A stretch of 64,000 bases of DNA from Macrostomum lignano. Lineage: Eukaryota. Both the position numbers and the translations under genes were made by a program. This document shows, one piece after another, positions 26,231-38,900 of the stretch. Below the pieces are notes generated by a model. It worked only from the letters and a program-made list of their open reading frames with translations, was not told where the DNA came from and did no database searches. Position 1 is the stretch's first letter, and the number at the start of each line of letters is the position of its first letter. Where the stretch lies: positions 1-64,000 of the forward strand of contig NIVC01002991.1 in NCBI GenBank assembly GCA_002269645.1. Reading direction: 5' to 3'.

Positions 26231-27637
26231 GAATGATTGCGTCAACAATCTCAACAGTGGCCTATCAGTTCAGTAGTCAATATACTTCACACTGTCTTTT
26301 TTGACGTCAGTAAAATAGTAGTTCAGAATAATTCAACTTTACTGGATCCACAAATTTTGACACCGGCGGTGCACCTTGCCAGCCCCGTTATCTTGCGAAC
26401 CGGCTCTCCCGGGCTGGCTGATAAGGGAGCGTGGCCACACCTGTACATTGCACCAGCTTGTACGCTTCACCTTGCAGGAGGATAAAACATTCGTGCTCTT
26501 GTTCTCTTGGCAAGCAAGGCCTCACAGGAGGGCGTCAAGCATTTTACAAGCTGCAGTGAATCTCTGAGATCGACTTAATGCGCTTGCGCAGTTAACCGCA
26601 TACATAAATGAGCATAGCCGGCGCTGTCAATCTCAGGGCGAAGTTTTTTAAGCCATTCTGCAGCCGTTGTAGGTAAGATCATCAATCAAGCATTGGGTTG
26701 ACTTAGGTTTTCAAACAATTAGAAATCATAAAGAACACGCTTGTTAGCAGCGGAAAAGTCCATCGTTTTTCTATACCTACTACTTTCAAGAATCCATTCA
26801 GGGGAGAACTCTAACTTTATACGAAGTATTTAACCGACATTGAGATGATTTCGGAGCAATTATTGCAATAGTACTTCAGGGATGAAGTATATAAAGACAA
26901 GCCTGATCGATTGCAAGTTCAGCTATTGCCTGTTATAAAAAGAGCCAAAATTGTGAGACTATAGGGACGAAAATGCGTCCTGTTACGCATTTGGTTGGCA
27001 GGTTGTCGCGGTTATTTCTTGCAAAATGTTTTTTAAGGCTCGCGGCGTCGTAAGTAAAAGCATTGCGGTAAGAATGTAGTCGATTTAGAATCTCTTCTAT
27101 AGTGTATTTCAGACTCAGAATGTAATCTTATTGTGAGCATTCTACGCTCCTATATGACCTTTCTGCTGCGCTGCATCTAGGCTGGCGATATGCCCATGTA
27201 GGCCATGCATGTTTTTAGCGCAGACCACTTGACATCAGACCTTAGGAATCATGGTATCTTCTTTGATTTCTACTCTTTGAAGGTTAGACCTTTTCTGCTC
27301 CGGCGCAGACAGTTGGCCACATTCGAGACATCCAGCCTGCTTTGTTGCTCTCCTATTTGCCATCGCTCCGCTAGACGTCAATGAGGGTAGTTGACATTCA
27401 AATATCTCTCTCGCCTTGCACTAGAGACCATTTGGGACTGAGACTCCTTTTTTTGGCTGAAGTATTAGTCTGTCTAGAATCTTGTTACACAAGTAATATG
27501 TGGGAGATGCTCTACGTACACCTGCAACCATTGGTCGGAAGCTTATACAATTGAGCTGGGTGTTAAGATACTTTTGCAACAGTTTCTCAAACTTCCAGTT
27601 TTTATTTAAAAAACTTCCCTAGCTTACTACAGCAAGA

Positions 27638-27815
27638 CAGGGGCGTACCCAGACAGGGTGCACCCAGCGGTCGCTCCCCTTCGGTGGAGACCTGAAAAAA
27701 TGAGAGGGGGGACCAAGCGCATCTTCGCCCAAATACAGAGCCACCCCCTCCGCCCCCTTTAGGTCTTTACCCTCCAGAATCCGCACCCCTCACTAAATCT
27801 ATGGTTGCGCCACTG
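27638..27815. mobile_element. About 180-bp hAT-type MITE
   Basis: Termini CAGGGGCGTACC / GGTTGCGCCACTG. Flanks CAGCAAGA / CGCAAGA form an imperfect TSD. Contains 23 bp identical to the 5.9-7.4 kb minisatellite unit in reverse orientation. Confidence 0.65.
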
Positions 27816-28156
27816 CGCAAGATGCTATGTACTATAGGTTAGTCGAAAAAAGTTCATTTGATTTCGAAGCTCGAACGAGCTCAATCTGTCCTATAATTTT
27901 GTTCCACTCAGACAGATATCGCATCGGAGTATAGTTCAACCTCTGCCTAGCCAGACAGAAGTCCACAACTTTCCCATAGACAAATTCAGCAGCTACAGAA
28001 CTTTTGGCACTGACATCCACAAGTACTTTAAGAGTGAAGTGAATTCGTTAGACTTGACGAATAGCTAAGTGGACTTTAAATTATAATTTGTCCGCTTCAA
28101 AATCTTAACATTGTCATTTCAGGAGTTTCCTTCTGTCAGACACGCAAAACCGTCGA

Positions 28157-30976
28157 ATGTCTTCAACTGAAGCTTCAAACAACAGCGGCGTCAATGGGAC
28201 GGAAGCGGCCTCCAGTCGCAGCTTGCTAAGGCGTATCGTGGACTTTCTTGATGAAGCAGACTGGAGCTTCAAGAAGGATAAAGACAGGTGAGTTTCAGAT
28301 TTTTTTGCAGCGTTGTACACCTGCTAGTTACTTCGCAGCGGTACGAGTTTGACCAACAACCGATCTACTTGCCTTTCAGACCAATTGTAAAATTTATATC
28401 GCCGGACAGCCTGATGTCCGAGTACGCCGAGATGCTGGGCCTTCCGGACAAGCCCGTGCCCGAGGACGTCCTGCTTGACAATCTGAAGACAGTCTACGAC
28501 CTTAGCGTCACGTCCAACCATCCGCGCTTCTATAACCAGCTTTTCGGTCGCGTTCACGAAGAGTCCGTTGTTGGATCTTTGCTAACTGACGCCATCAATG
28601 CGAGCATGTAAGCGGACTTGTTTACCTTCTTAAACTCTTTTTAGCTTATTATAACATTAACGGTAGCGAGTTTAGGCGAGTCTAGACCCCGTGGGTTCAC
28701 GAGTAGGTCAAAGGGACTCTCTCAAAGGAAGCTTTTCGGTGATGTCATCCAACTTATTCCACATGCTGCTTTGAATACCGAAGCAAGTAAAATAAATAGA
28801 AGCTAGACTATTAATCCCACGGGTGCCTGTAATTGTTAATCAAATCGTCCTGTTCACGTCCTATATATTTTCTTAGTCTAACTAACTACTAAAAAACTAC
28901 TAAACACAACAGCTACACTTACGAAGTTGCTCCAGTGTTCACTGTGATGGAGCGTCTAGCAATGCAGCAATTCTTGGAATTATTTGGCTTCCAAAATGGC
29001 GAAGGAGTCTGCACTCCGGGCGGTTCAATTGGTAACATGTACGCCATCAGTCTGGCTAAGTCGGCTGTATTCCCCGACGCCAGACGGCTCGGTCTCGCTG
29101 CTATGCCGCCGGCCAAGATCTACGTGTCAATGGAGGTGTGTTCGCGCTCGATGTTAGTTCTGTTTGAAAGGCTCTGCGTATCTATCAAAGATGCAATTCA
29201 ATAATAATACAATTTTCAGAGTCACTACTCGATGGTGAAAGGCGCCAGCTTCATGGGATTCGGAGAGAACGCGGTCGTCAAGGTTGCAACCGATGAACAC
29301 GGACGAATGAAAGTTGACGCGTTGAGGGAGCACATCAAATCGGACACTGAGAATGTAAGGCTTTTTGCTTTTGAATTTCTGTTTACATGTCAGAGTCAAG
29401 GACGACTTAAGTAGAAGGACGGGAAACCTCGTTTCTTAGAAAAGTTTTGAATGCACTTTTTCCCGAAAAAATACACTACGGAGATAGGAAGTTTTCATTT
29501 TTTCAGCACAAAAATTGTTATTGCGTTTGATAGGAGGCAGATCCAGTGTTCATATTTTGATATGTTGTGCCTTTTTTATTGCTCTATCGATATTCATAAA
29601 GCTTTTCGTTCAGAAAACTAGGATTCTATGTTGATTTTTTTTTCTACGTATATTTCCTGTATCTAAAAATCACAAAAATGCATGACACAGCTCCAATATT
29701 TGGTTTTATGAACCTATTTTATCATCTCTGTTACAAATATTTGCTACACAGTCGGGTGAGAATGATAAAATAGACTCATAAAACCAAAGAGCCGAGCCGT
29801 GGCATTCTAATGTATTTCAAGCACAAGACACGCGAAAATATACGAAGAATAAAAAATTAACATAGAATCCTAGTTTTCTGAACGAAAAGCTTTATGAATA
29901 TCGATAGAGCAATAAAAAAGGCACAACATATCAAAATATGAACACTGGATCTGCCTCCTATCAAACGCAATAACAATTTTTGTGCTGAAAAAATGAAAAC
30001 TTCCTATCTCCGTAGTGTATTTTTTCGGGAAAAAGTGCCTTCAAAACTTTTCTAAGAAACGAGGTTTCCCGTCCTTCTACTTAAGTCGTCCTTGGTCAGA
30101 GTTTGACTGTCAACACTTTTACGGTGGTTTTCATTTTTTCTGATGTTTCATTCGATATAGGGTCAGAAGCCTCTAATGGTGGTGGCCACCGCGGGCACAA
30201 CTGTGCTAGGCGTCTACGACCCAATATCCGAGGTGGCCAACGTGTGTCAAGAGTTTAACGTCTGGTTGCACGTCGATGGCTGCCTAGGCGGCAGTGCCAT
30301 CCTGTCGGAGAGCCGCCGGCACCTGTTGGATGGTTGCCAACGCGCTGACTCGCTGACTTGGAATCCGCACAAAATGCTTGGCGTCAATCTGCAGTGCAGC
30401 CTGCTGCTCACCAGACACTCTGGCGCTCTGCAAAGAGCTCACGGCACTCAAGCGGCTTACCTGTTTCAGCAGGACAAATTCTATCCACCGCAGTTTGACA
30501 TTGGCGACAAGGTGATCCAGTGCGGTCGCAAAGTTGACGTGCTCAAACTCTGGGCCGTGTGGCGCGGCCTTGGCAAGTCCGGCCTGGGCGATCTGGTTGA
30601 CCGAAAGTTCACCCTGGCTAAGCAGCTAGCCAATCTGATTGCGCAACGACAAAAGACCGACGGCTCGTTTGAGCTGATTGCCGAGCCGGAGAGTACCAAC
30701 GTGCTGTTCTGGTACATCCCGCCGGCTTTGCGCGGCCAGCCCGCCGACTGGAGCAAGCGGGACGACTCTTGGTGGCGCCAAATGGACGCTGTGGCGCCTC
30801 TCCTAAAAAAGCGAATGACCTTGGACGGCTCAATGCTGATTGGCTATCAGAAATGCGCCGCCTCTAAAAATATCAACTGCTGGAGAATGGTCTGCTCGCA
30901 GGACACCAACTCTGAGCAGGACATGGAGCGCATTGTCGGCGAGTTTTGTCGCTTCGGCGAAGACATTAGCGTCTGA
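28157..30976 (+). CDS. CSAD: Group II PLP-dependent decarboxylase, CSAD/GADL1-like, about 510 aa
   Basis: Exons 28157-28287, 28380-28607, 28913-29135, 29220-29354, 30161-30976 sum to 1533 nt. Motifs HPRFYNQLF, YTYEVAPVF, TAGTTVLG, WLHVD, WNPHK (PLP lysine), YLFQQDK, IQCGRKVD. Family is certain; exact orthology is less so. Confidence 0.88.
29397..30093. mobile_element. Foldback-type non-autonomous TIR element in CSAD intron 4
   Basis: About 240 bp of near-perfect TIR (similarity extends to about 315 bp) beginning CAAGGACGAC. 8-bp TSD GTCAGAGT at 29389-29396 and 30094-30101. Confidence 0.93.
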
Positions 30977-32994
30977 GAAGTCTAGGAAGTCTAAGTTGAC
31001 CACCACAAACCACACTGTGTGACACTTCAAAATTTTCAGTTCGATAAAAACTTGTTTGAAACAAAAATTAACGTTTTTTATTTTTCTTCTCATTTTGGAG
31101 ACGCGCCGAATTGCCAGAAATAAAAAGTGCACAAGAAAACGGACTATTTCTCTACAGACTCTGATAAAAAATATCGGGCAAGATTGAGCATTTTGAGGAC
31201 TTCTATTAGATTACTTTTCTTCGGATTTTCTGCTAATGCGATTTGAATTTGTTTTTGAAAGCTACTTACAATAGGATGCAGCGAATATTTCTATCGCAAC
31301 TTGCAGCTTCTAGCATTGCAGATTTAGACAAGAGTTTATCGAATTTAATCAATTTTATTACTAGCTAGTATCATATTATCCATAACAGAATTTTGAAGCT
31401 CATCTGATCGGTTAGCGATGGAGAGATTTCGTATCAATTCCTAATTAATTAAAATTGCTTTTTCAACCTTGTCCCCATGCAATCAACACCGTTTGTCACT
31501 GGCGTGGCCTGCCTAATCAATCTGGTGATATCATGACAACTATGGACCCGCAGTCAGCCTGAGCTATCCTGCTAATAAATAATAATGCAGAAGCTGACAG
31601 TTAATAAGCTCTTACCTCAATATTGACTGATGGATCTAGAAGTAACGTAAGCACAGGGCGGTGTATGCAAAAACTGGAATTGTTTGCAAAATGGATTAAT
31701 CGAATCAATTCCCATCAAAAGCATCAATTAGCGATCCAACTGGCGCTGAGATGGACCGAGTTATTAAATGCGATCCCATATCCATCATATTTTCCTTTCA
31801 AAATAGAAACTGCAATACCTGCTCCCCATATAGTAATAAAAAAGCTTACAAGTTTTGTGGGGCCTTTTTGTCAATAAAGGGTATAGAGGGTATAGAGTGG
31901 AAGCCAGCGCCCCAGGAGAGCAAAGGCTACATTACCATACGCTGTGCATATGCCCAGCCAGATAGAAGATACTATATACTTATATAATTAACTTAATTTA
32001 ATTAGAAACTACATTAGCATGCTTGGTGCCAACTAAGGCTTGAGTTCTTGCCCTGTTTATGCACAATGCACAGCCATTGACCAGCTGGTGCAACTGCATA
32101 TATATGCGCTTAAGAATCGTAAACTGTTCTCTCGCATGCAATATTCATTCATAAATTAATAATCATACATGCGCATAAGTACGACACCACCAGATGCTGG
32201 ATCCCCAGGATTATAATTTAATAATAGAAATCCGGCGAGACTAAAAACCCATGAGTCAGTCAGGATCGGGAAAGGAGCATTTGCGGCAGCTTTTAATGGA
32301 ATTACACTACAGGGAAGCATGACTGCATGTAATGTCATACTTGAGCACAGTTTATACGTATACCTATTGTACAAGAAGAAAAGAGCAATCCACTAATCTG
32401 CTGCTAGCTGTCTTACTCAGGCAAGTCTATCTCTCTATCGAGGAACTGTTGACGGATTTTTGGGTAACAGCGTGGAGTGGAAGCGAAGAATCTCAGGCCC
32501 CGTTGAAGGAAAGAAGTAGCGGGACGAGGTTGAAGGGCGGGACCTGGATGAATGTACATTGCACGTGGTTTGAGTAATGTACAGTAGGGAGGGGTTGGCT
32601 GAGGGTTAGACAGAAGGGGGATAGAGAGGGAAGGAGTTAAGGCCAAAAAAGCCCTTGCCAAGGCCTCTAAAATAAACACGACCCCGTGTTAGCCCTCCGC
32701 CCCAAAAAGGAGCTGGGGGAGAACGCCGCGCACTCTGCAAATTATAAGCCAAGGCAGTAAAGTGGTAAAGTAGAGCATTGTGCGGCTGGGCTGAGCAGAG
32801 GACCACGGAAGGAGATTGAACTGAATCTATCTATCATCAAAACTGACTTCATCCAAAGGAAAAGACACGACAAGAAGCCACGGCTCCCTCCTCATCTATC
32901 CATCCAACTATAGCCACCCCATAGCACTATCATAAATCGTATATAAGCTAGATTTGTTCGCTTAGATTCCGAACACTCGTATAATAAATTAATA

Positions 32995-35900
32995 ATGCGC
33001 AGCTTCTTGTCATCTCATGCGGAGATGCGGCTAAGGCGAACCTTGGGCGAATCAGGGCCGCAGCAGCAGCAATACCAGCCAATGTCCAGCGGTTTAATGG
33101 ATCTGAGATCTTTGCTGCAACAGCGAAGCAAACAGTCAACTGATGAGTCCGAGCAGAGCCTGCTATTAGAGGCCTACAGGCGCCGGGATGCTGACCAGTT
33201 GGAGAGGCTGCTGGTGTCCGGCGATCCGTACGCTCCGGTACTGTCCGGTCGGACTATTGCCGATCTGGCCGCGGCCGAGGATCAGATTTGGGTGCTGGAC
33301 AGGCTGGAAAAGATCGGGTACGTTCTAAGATTGAGATTGAGAGTGAGATGGGTGAGAGTGAGATGGGGGAAAGTGAGATGGGTGAAAGTGAGATGGATGA
33401 AAGTGAGGTAGGTGAGAGTAAGATGGATGAGAGTGAGAAGGTTGAGGGTGAGATAGGTGAGAGTGCGAAGGCTCATAGTGAGTTGGGTCAGAGTAAAATG
33501 GAGTGAGATGGGTTGAGAGTGAGATGAGTCAGAGTGAGAAGGGTGAGAGTGAGAGAGGTGAGAGTGAGATGAGTGAGAGTGAGAAGGTGAGAGATAAGTG
33601 AGTGAGAGCGAGAAGGTGAGAGATAAGTGAGTGAGATGAGTGAGAGTGAGAAGGTGAGAGATAAGTGAGTGAGAGCGAGAAGGTGAGAGATAAGTGAGTG
33701 AGATGAGTGAGAGTGAGAAGGTGAGAGATAAATGAGTGAGAGTGAGAAGGTGAGAGATAAGTGAGTGAGATGAGTGAGAGTGAGAAGGTGAGAGATAAAT
33801 GAGTGAGAGTGAGAAGGTGAGAGATAAGTGAGTGAGATGAGTGAGAGTGAGAAGGTGAGAGATAAATGAGTGAGAGTGAGAAGGTGAGAGATAAGTGAGT
33901 GAGATGAGTGAGAGTGAGAAGGTGAGAGATAAATGAGTGAGAGTGAGAAGGTGAGAGATAAGTGAGTGAGATGAGTGAGAGTGAGAAGGTGAGAGATAAG
34001 TGAGTGAGATGAGTGAGAGTGAGAAGGTGAGAGATAAATGAGTGAGAGTGAGAAGGTGAGAGATAAGTGAGTGAGATGAGTGAGAGTGAGAAGGTGAGAG
34101 ATAAATGAGTGAGAGTGAGAAGGTGAGAGATAAGTGAGTGAAATGAGTGAGAGTGAGAAGGTGAGAGATAAATGAGTGAGAGTGAGAAGGTGAGAGATAA
34201 GTGAGTGAGATGAGTGAGAGTGAGAAGGTGAGAGATAAATGAGTGAGATGAGTGAGAGTGAGAAGGTGAGAGATAAATGAATGAGAGTGAGAAGGTGAGA
34301 GATAAGTGAGTGAGATGAGTGAGAGTGAGAAGGTGAGAGATAAATGAGTGAGAGTTAGAAGGTGAGAGATAAGTGAGTGAGATGAGTGAGAGTGAGAAGG
34401 TGAGAGATAAGTGAGTGAAATGAATGAGAGTGAGAAGGTGAGAGATTAGTGAGCGAGACGGGTCAGAGTGAGATGGGTGAGAATGTGATGGGTGAGAGTG
34501 AGAGAGCGAGTGCTACTTCGAGTTAAGAGCGGTTTACGGTAAATAAGTTTTCTTGTATCACTTTCAAAACTGAGCACACTACTACGCACAGTGAAATCCA
34601 CGTAAACAAAAACAAAACAGGTACGATTTCAACCGAGTCAATCAGCAGGGCATGACGCCACTTCATTACGCAGTTGAGGAGGGCCGGCTGAACGTTCTGC
34701 TGAAGCTCAAAGCACTTGGCGCTGATCCAAATGTTCCTCTGCCATCGGGAGACTATCCACTGCACAGGGCTTGCGCTCAGGATAAGACCTCTGTGCTTGA
34801 GGCTCTGCTGAGTGAGGCCTGCTGAACTTTCTTTGCCTGTCTTGAAACCCTCCCTTCATCGTGAGCACCACCCTCTGTCACTTCCAGCTCCCAGACTCCT
34901 CTTCATCGTGAGCACCACCCTCTGCCACTTCCAGCTCCCAGACTCCTCTTCATCGTGAGCACCACCCTCTGCCACTTCCAGCTCCCAGACTCGGAGACTC
35001 CTCTTCATCGTGAGCACCACCCACCCTCTTGCCACTTCTAGCTCCCAGACTCCTCTTCATCGTGAGCACCACCCACCCTCTTGGCACTTCTAGCTCCCAG
35101 ACTCCTCTTCATCGTGAGCACCACCCACCCTCTTGGCACTTCTAGCTCCCAGACTCCTCTTCATCGTGAGCACCACCCACCCTCTTGGCACTTCTAGCTC
35201 CCAGACTCCTCTTCATCGTGAGCACCACCCACCCTCTTGCCACTTCTAGCTCCCAGACTCCTCTTCATCGTGAGCACCACCCACCCTCTTGCCACTTCTA
35301 GCTCCCAGACTCCTCTTCATCGTGAGCACCACCCACCCTCTTGGCACTTCTAGCTCCCAGACTCCTCTTCATCGTGAGCACCACCCTCTTGCCACCTCCA
35401 GCTCCCAGACTCCTCTTCTTCGTGAGCACCTCAGCCTCTATCTAACGATCCAGCTTTATGTTGAGCATCAAGTCTCAAGCCTCAGTTATAATTGCAATCC
35501 TCCCTTACTCTCAAATTCTCCAGCCGACTGCCAGGCGGACCAGTCCGTCCGCGACCGTCAGGGCAACACGGCGTTGCACCGCGCCATCCTGGAGGAATCG
35601 TCGCCGCACATCCTCGCCCTGCTCCGCTGCAGCGACGAGGCGGCGCTGAACGCGCAGGGCCACGAAGGCCGGACACCGCTGCACCTGGCCGTGGCCAATC
35701 AGAACCGCCTGGCCATGAAGCTGCTGCTGGAACGCGGCGCATTCGTCGACTTGCCAGCCGACAATGGCCGGACAGCCATCGACCTGGTGATGCAGCAGGG
35801 CAGCCCAGTTCTGCTCAGCGACCTGTCCACCTTCTACACGCGGGAAGTGTCTCGCACGGTCCACACCAAGAGCTACAAGGAGCTGCTGTCTGAGCCGGAC

Positions 35901-38900
35901 TTTCACCAGTTCCTCGGCTTCCTGCAGGCGGTGGACAATGAGTACAGAGTGTGCCGGGTGAAATCGCCCGAGCGGCTGAGCGAGTTCGAGCAGCGGGCCC
36001 TGCTTGAGCAGCTAGTTGCCGACCAGAAGGTCAGATTGGCTGCAGCTGGATTGGTTGGGGGGGGGGTTCATGACATTTGACTGTCACTGTCTGACTGTCA
36101 CTGTTTGACTGTCACTGTTTGACTGCCACTGTTTGACTGTCACTGTTTGACTGCCACTGTTTGACTGTCACTGTTTGACTGCCACTGTTTGACTGTCACT
36201 GTTTGACTGCCACTGTTTGACTGTCACTGTTTGACTGTCACTGTTTGACTGTCACTGTTTGACTGCCACTGTTTGACTGTCACTGTTTGACTGCCACTGT
36301 TTGACTGTCACTGTTTGACTGCCACTATTTGACTGTCACTGACTGTCACTGACTGTCACTATTTGACTGCCACTGTTTGACCGTCACTGTTTGACTGCCA
36401 CTGTTTGACTGTCACTGTTTGACTGTCACTGTTTGACTGTCACTGTTTGACTGCCACTGTTTGACTGCTACTATTTGCCTGTCACTGTTTGAAAAATGGT
36501 AAATAATGGTATCTAAACCTTCAACAAGTTTTACTGTTTTGTGCATTCAAATTTGTATTACATTGGAAGCCGTCCCAGACTCCAGTGACATTAGATTTGT
36601 ATATCATTGCACACGGCAACTAACTGCACAGCAGGTGTTCGCACTTCAGCATACGCTCGTACAGCGACATACAAGTTGATAGCAGGTTGTATTGAGGCAG
36701 CGGAGTGTTGTGACAGCAATTCTCAACTTATGCCATGTTTTAAACTATATACGCTACATGCTCGAGTGTATGCACTTAAGTGTGAGTACGTATTTAGGTA
36801 CTTAGTGTTCCTGCAACCTTCTAATTGAATATTGATCTTTTCTTATTGAAAACCCTCGATAATAGCTGGAATATGCGGCTTTTCACTCGGCTCAGACTCT
36901 ATGATTTCAGTCTTATAAATTATAGGATCAGGGGTCAGTGTGATCTCTGGTATGCGTTTACAAGATTCTATCTTCTCTATCACCTCTCTCCTCTCTCCTC
37001 TCTCCACTTCTCTCCTCTCCTCTCTCCACTTCTCTCCTCTCCTTTCTCCTTTCTCCTCTCTTCTCTTCTCTCTCCTCTCCTCTCCTCTCGCCTCTCCTCT
37101 GTCTCCTCTCCCCTCTTCCCACTCTCCACTTGCCCCTCGCCTCAACACAAGTTCAAAAAGCTAGCAACCCCTGCTCGATCGAATCTCACAACTGCACTGA
37201 CAATGAGTGAATAATCATAATCAAGCGCATTCCCCCATCAACATCAAAATTGCTAGACTGGCTCTGGCTCATATTAAAGATGCGGATTCTCCCTGTCAGG
37301 TGGACCTGGTAGAGTTCCGCGATCTCGCCACCCGCCTGGCCCGGACCGAGCTGGCGCACGTTCTGGTGGACAACGAGGACGCACTGGAGAAGACCGCCGC
37401 CCTGGTGCTGCGCTACGTCCTGCTGCGCGAAGACATCGGCCTGCTGTGCCGTCTGTCAGCCTGCGGCATCCTCTGGACAGCCGTGGCCGAAGTGATCGAG
37501 TCCCGTCTGGACAGCGTCTACCTGCACACGCCCGAGCGCGGTGTCAGCCGCCTGGTGCAGAACCTCCGCCAGAGCTTCGTGCAGGCCGGCCGGCTTCGCC
37601 GAGACGCTCTGGCCAGTCACTATGGAGCCGAGTGCTCTGCGCACCTGCTGCCGGCCTACCGGCCTGACTACTGCCCCGATGTGTCCTACCTGCGCCATCC
37701 CATGGACACCTTGGCCGTGTGGTCTGTGCTCACCGGCAGGTTCCAGCTGACTGAGATGCTCATCCTGTGAGTCACTCTCTACATTCTATATCGGATGTTG
37801 TGGATTCAGTAAATGTCTATAGATTGCGTAATTGGGATTGAGTAGATGTCTATAGATTTCTAAATTGAGGTTGAGTGGATATCTATAGAATTCTAATTTC
37901 GAATTGAGTAGATATCTATAGATTTCTAACTTGGGATTGAGTAGATATCTATAGATTTCTAAAGTGGGATGGAGTAGATAACTATAGATTTCTAAATTAG
38001 GATTGAGTAGTTATTTATAGATTTCTACATGTGATTTCAGTTGAGTAGATCATAGATTAAGTAGGCCATAGAGTGGATCTATAGATCGAGTGCTGGATTG
38101 GAATAAAAATCGGTAATGGACTGGGTCCTCTGAATCCCTCCCGGACAGGCAGGACCAGTTCGACATCATCCCCCTGTCGCTGTTCTGCGCTGGCCTGCTG
38201 CGCAGCCTGCTATCGAATCCCGATTTGACGCTGGACGATGAGGAAATCGAATTGCTGGCCTCCCGCTGCGAGTCCATCGCCCAGGAGACCGTTGAACGGG
38301 TGTACACGCTGGATACGTCCTACTGCAAACAGGTGCGGTTTAGTAATATAAGTAATACAAGTAGCGTTTTTTATCCTTTTTTCATCATAGGCAACAGTAT
38401 CTAATTAGATGAAAAGGTATTCAATTACCTAAACAAAGGGATAGTTACTCCCGCCTTTTACCCAGTTAGTTTACAGAGAGACAAGCCTCACCGAATTTTG
38501 CGTCTCCTCACCAGGTGACCGTGGACTACCTGCTGATGCCGCAGCCGACGTACGGCGAAGCCTCCTGCATCGAGCTGGCCGCCAACAACAAGTCGGCCAG
38601 GTTTCTGCAGACAGCCGCCGGCCAGACGGCCCTGGATAAGAAATGGTACGGCTGCCTGTTGAACATCAGGCCGAGCCTGCGCGAGGCTGTCATCTGGCTG
38701 GGCATGGTGCCCGGCAACCTGCTGGTGCCCATGCTGCTGGTGTACTTCGACGAGCAGCGCATGCTCGAGGAGCGGCGGCATCGTGGCGGCCCGCTGGACT
38801 CCGGCGGCGGCGGTGCCGGAGGCGCTGGCGGCGGGGGTCGCGGCGGTGACGAGACCTGCGAGTTCCTTGTCACCGCCAAGCGGGCCGAGTGCGAGGCGGC

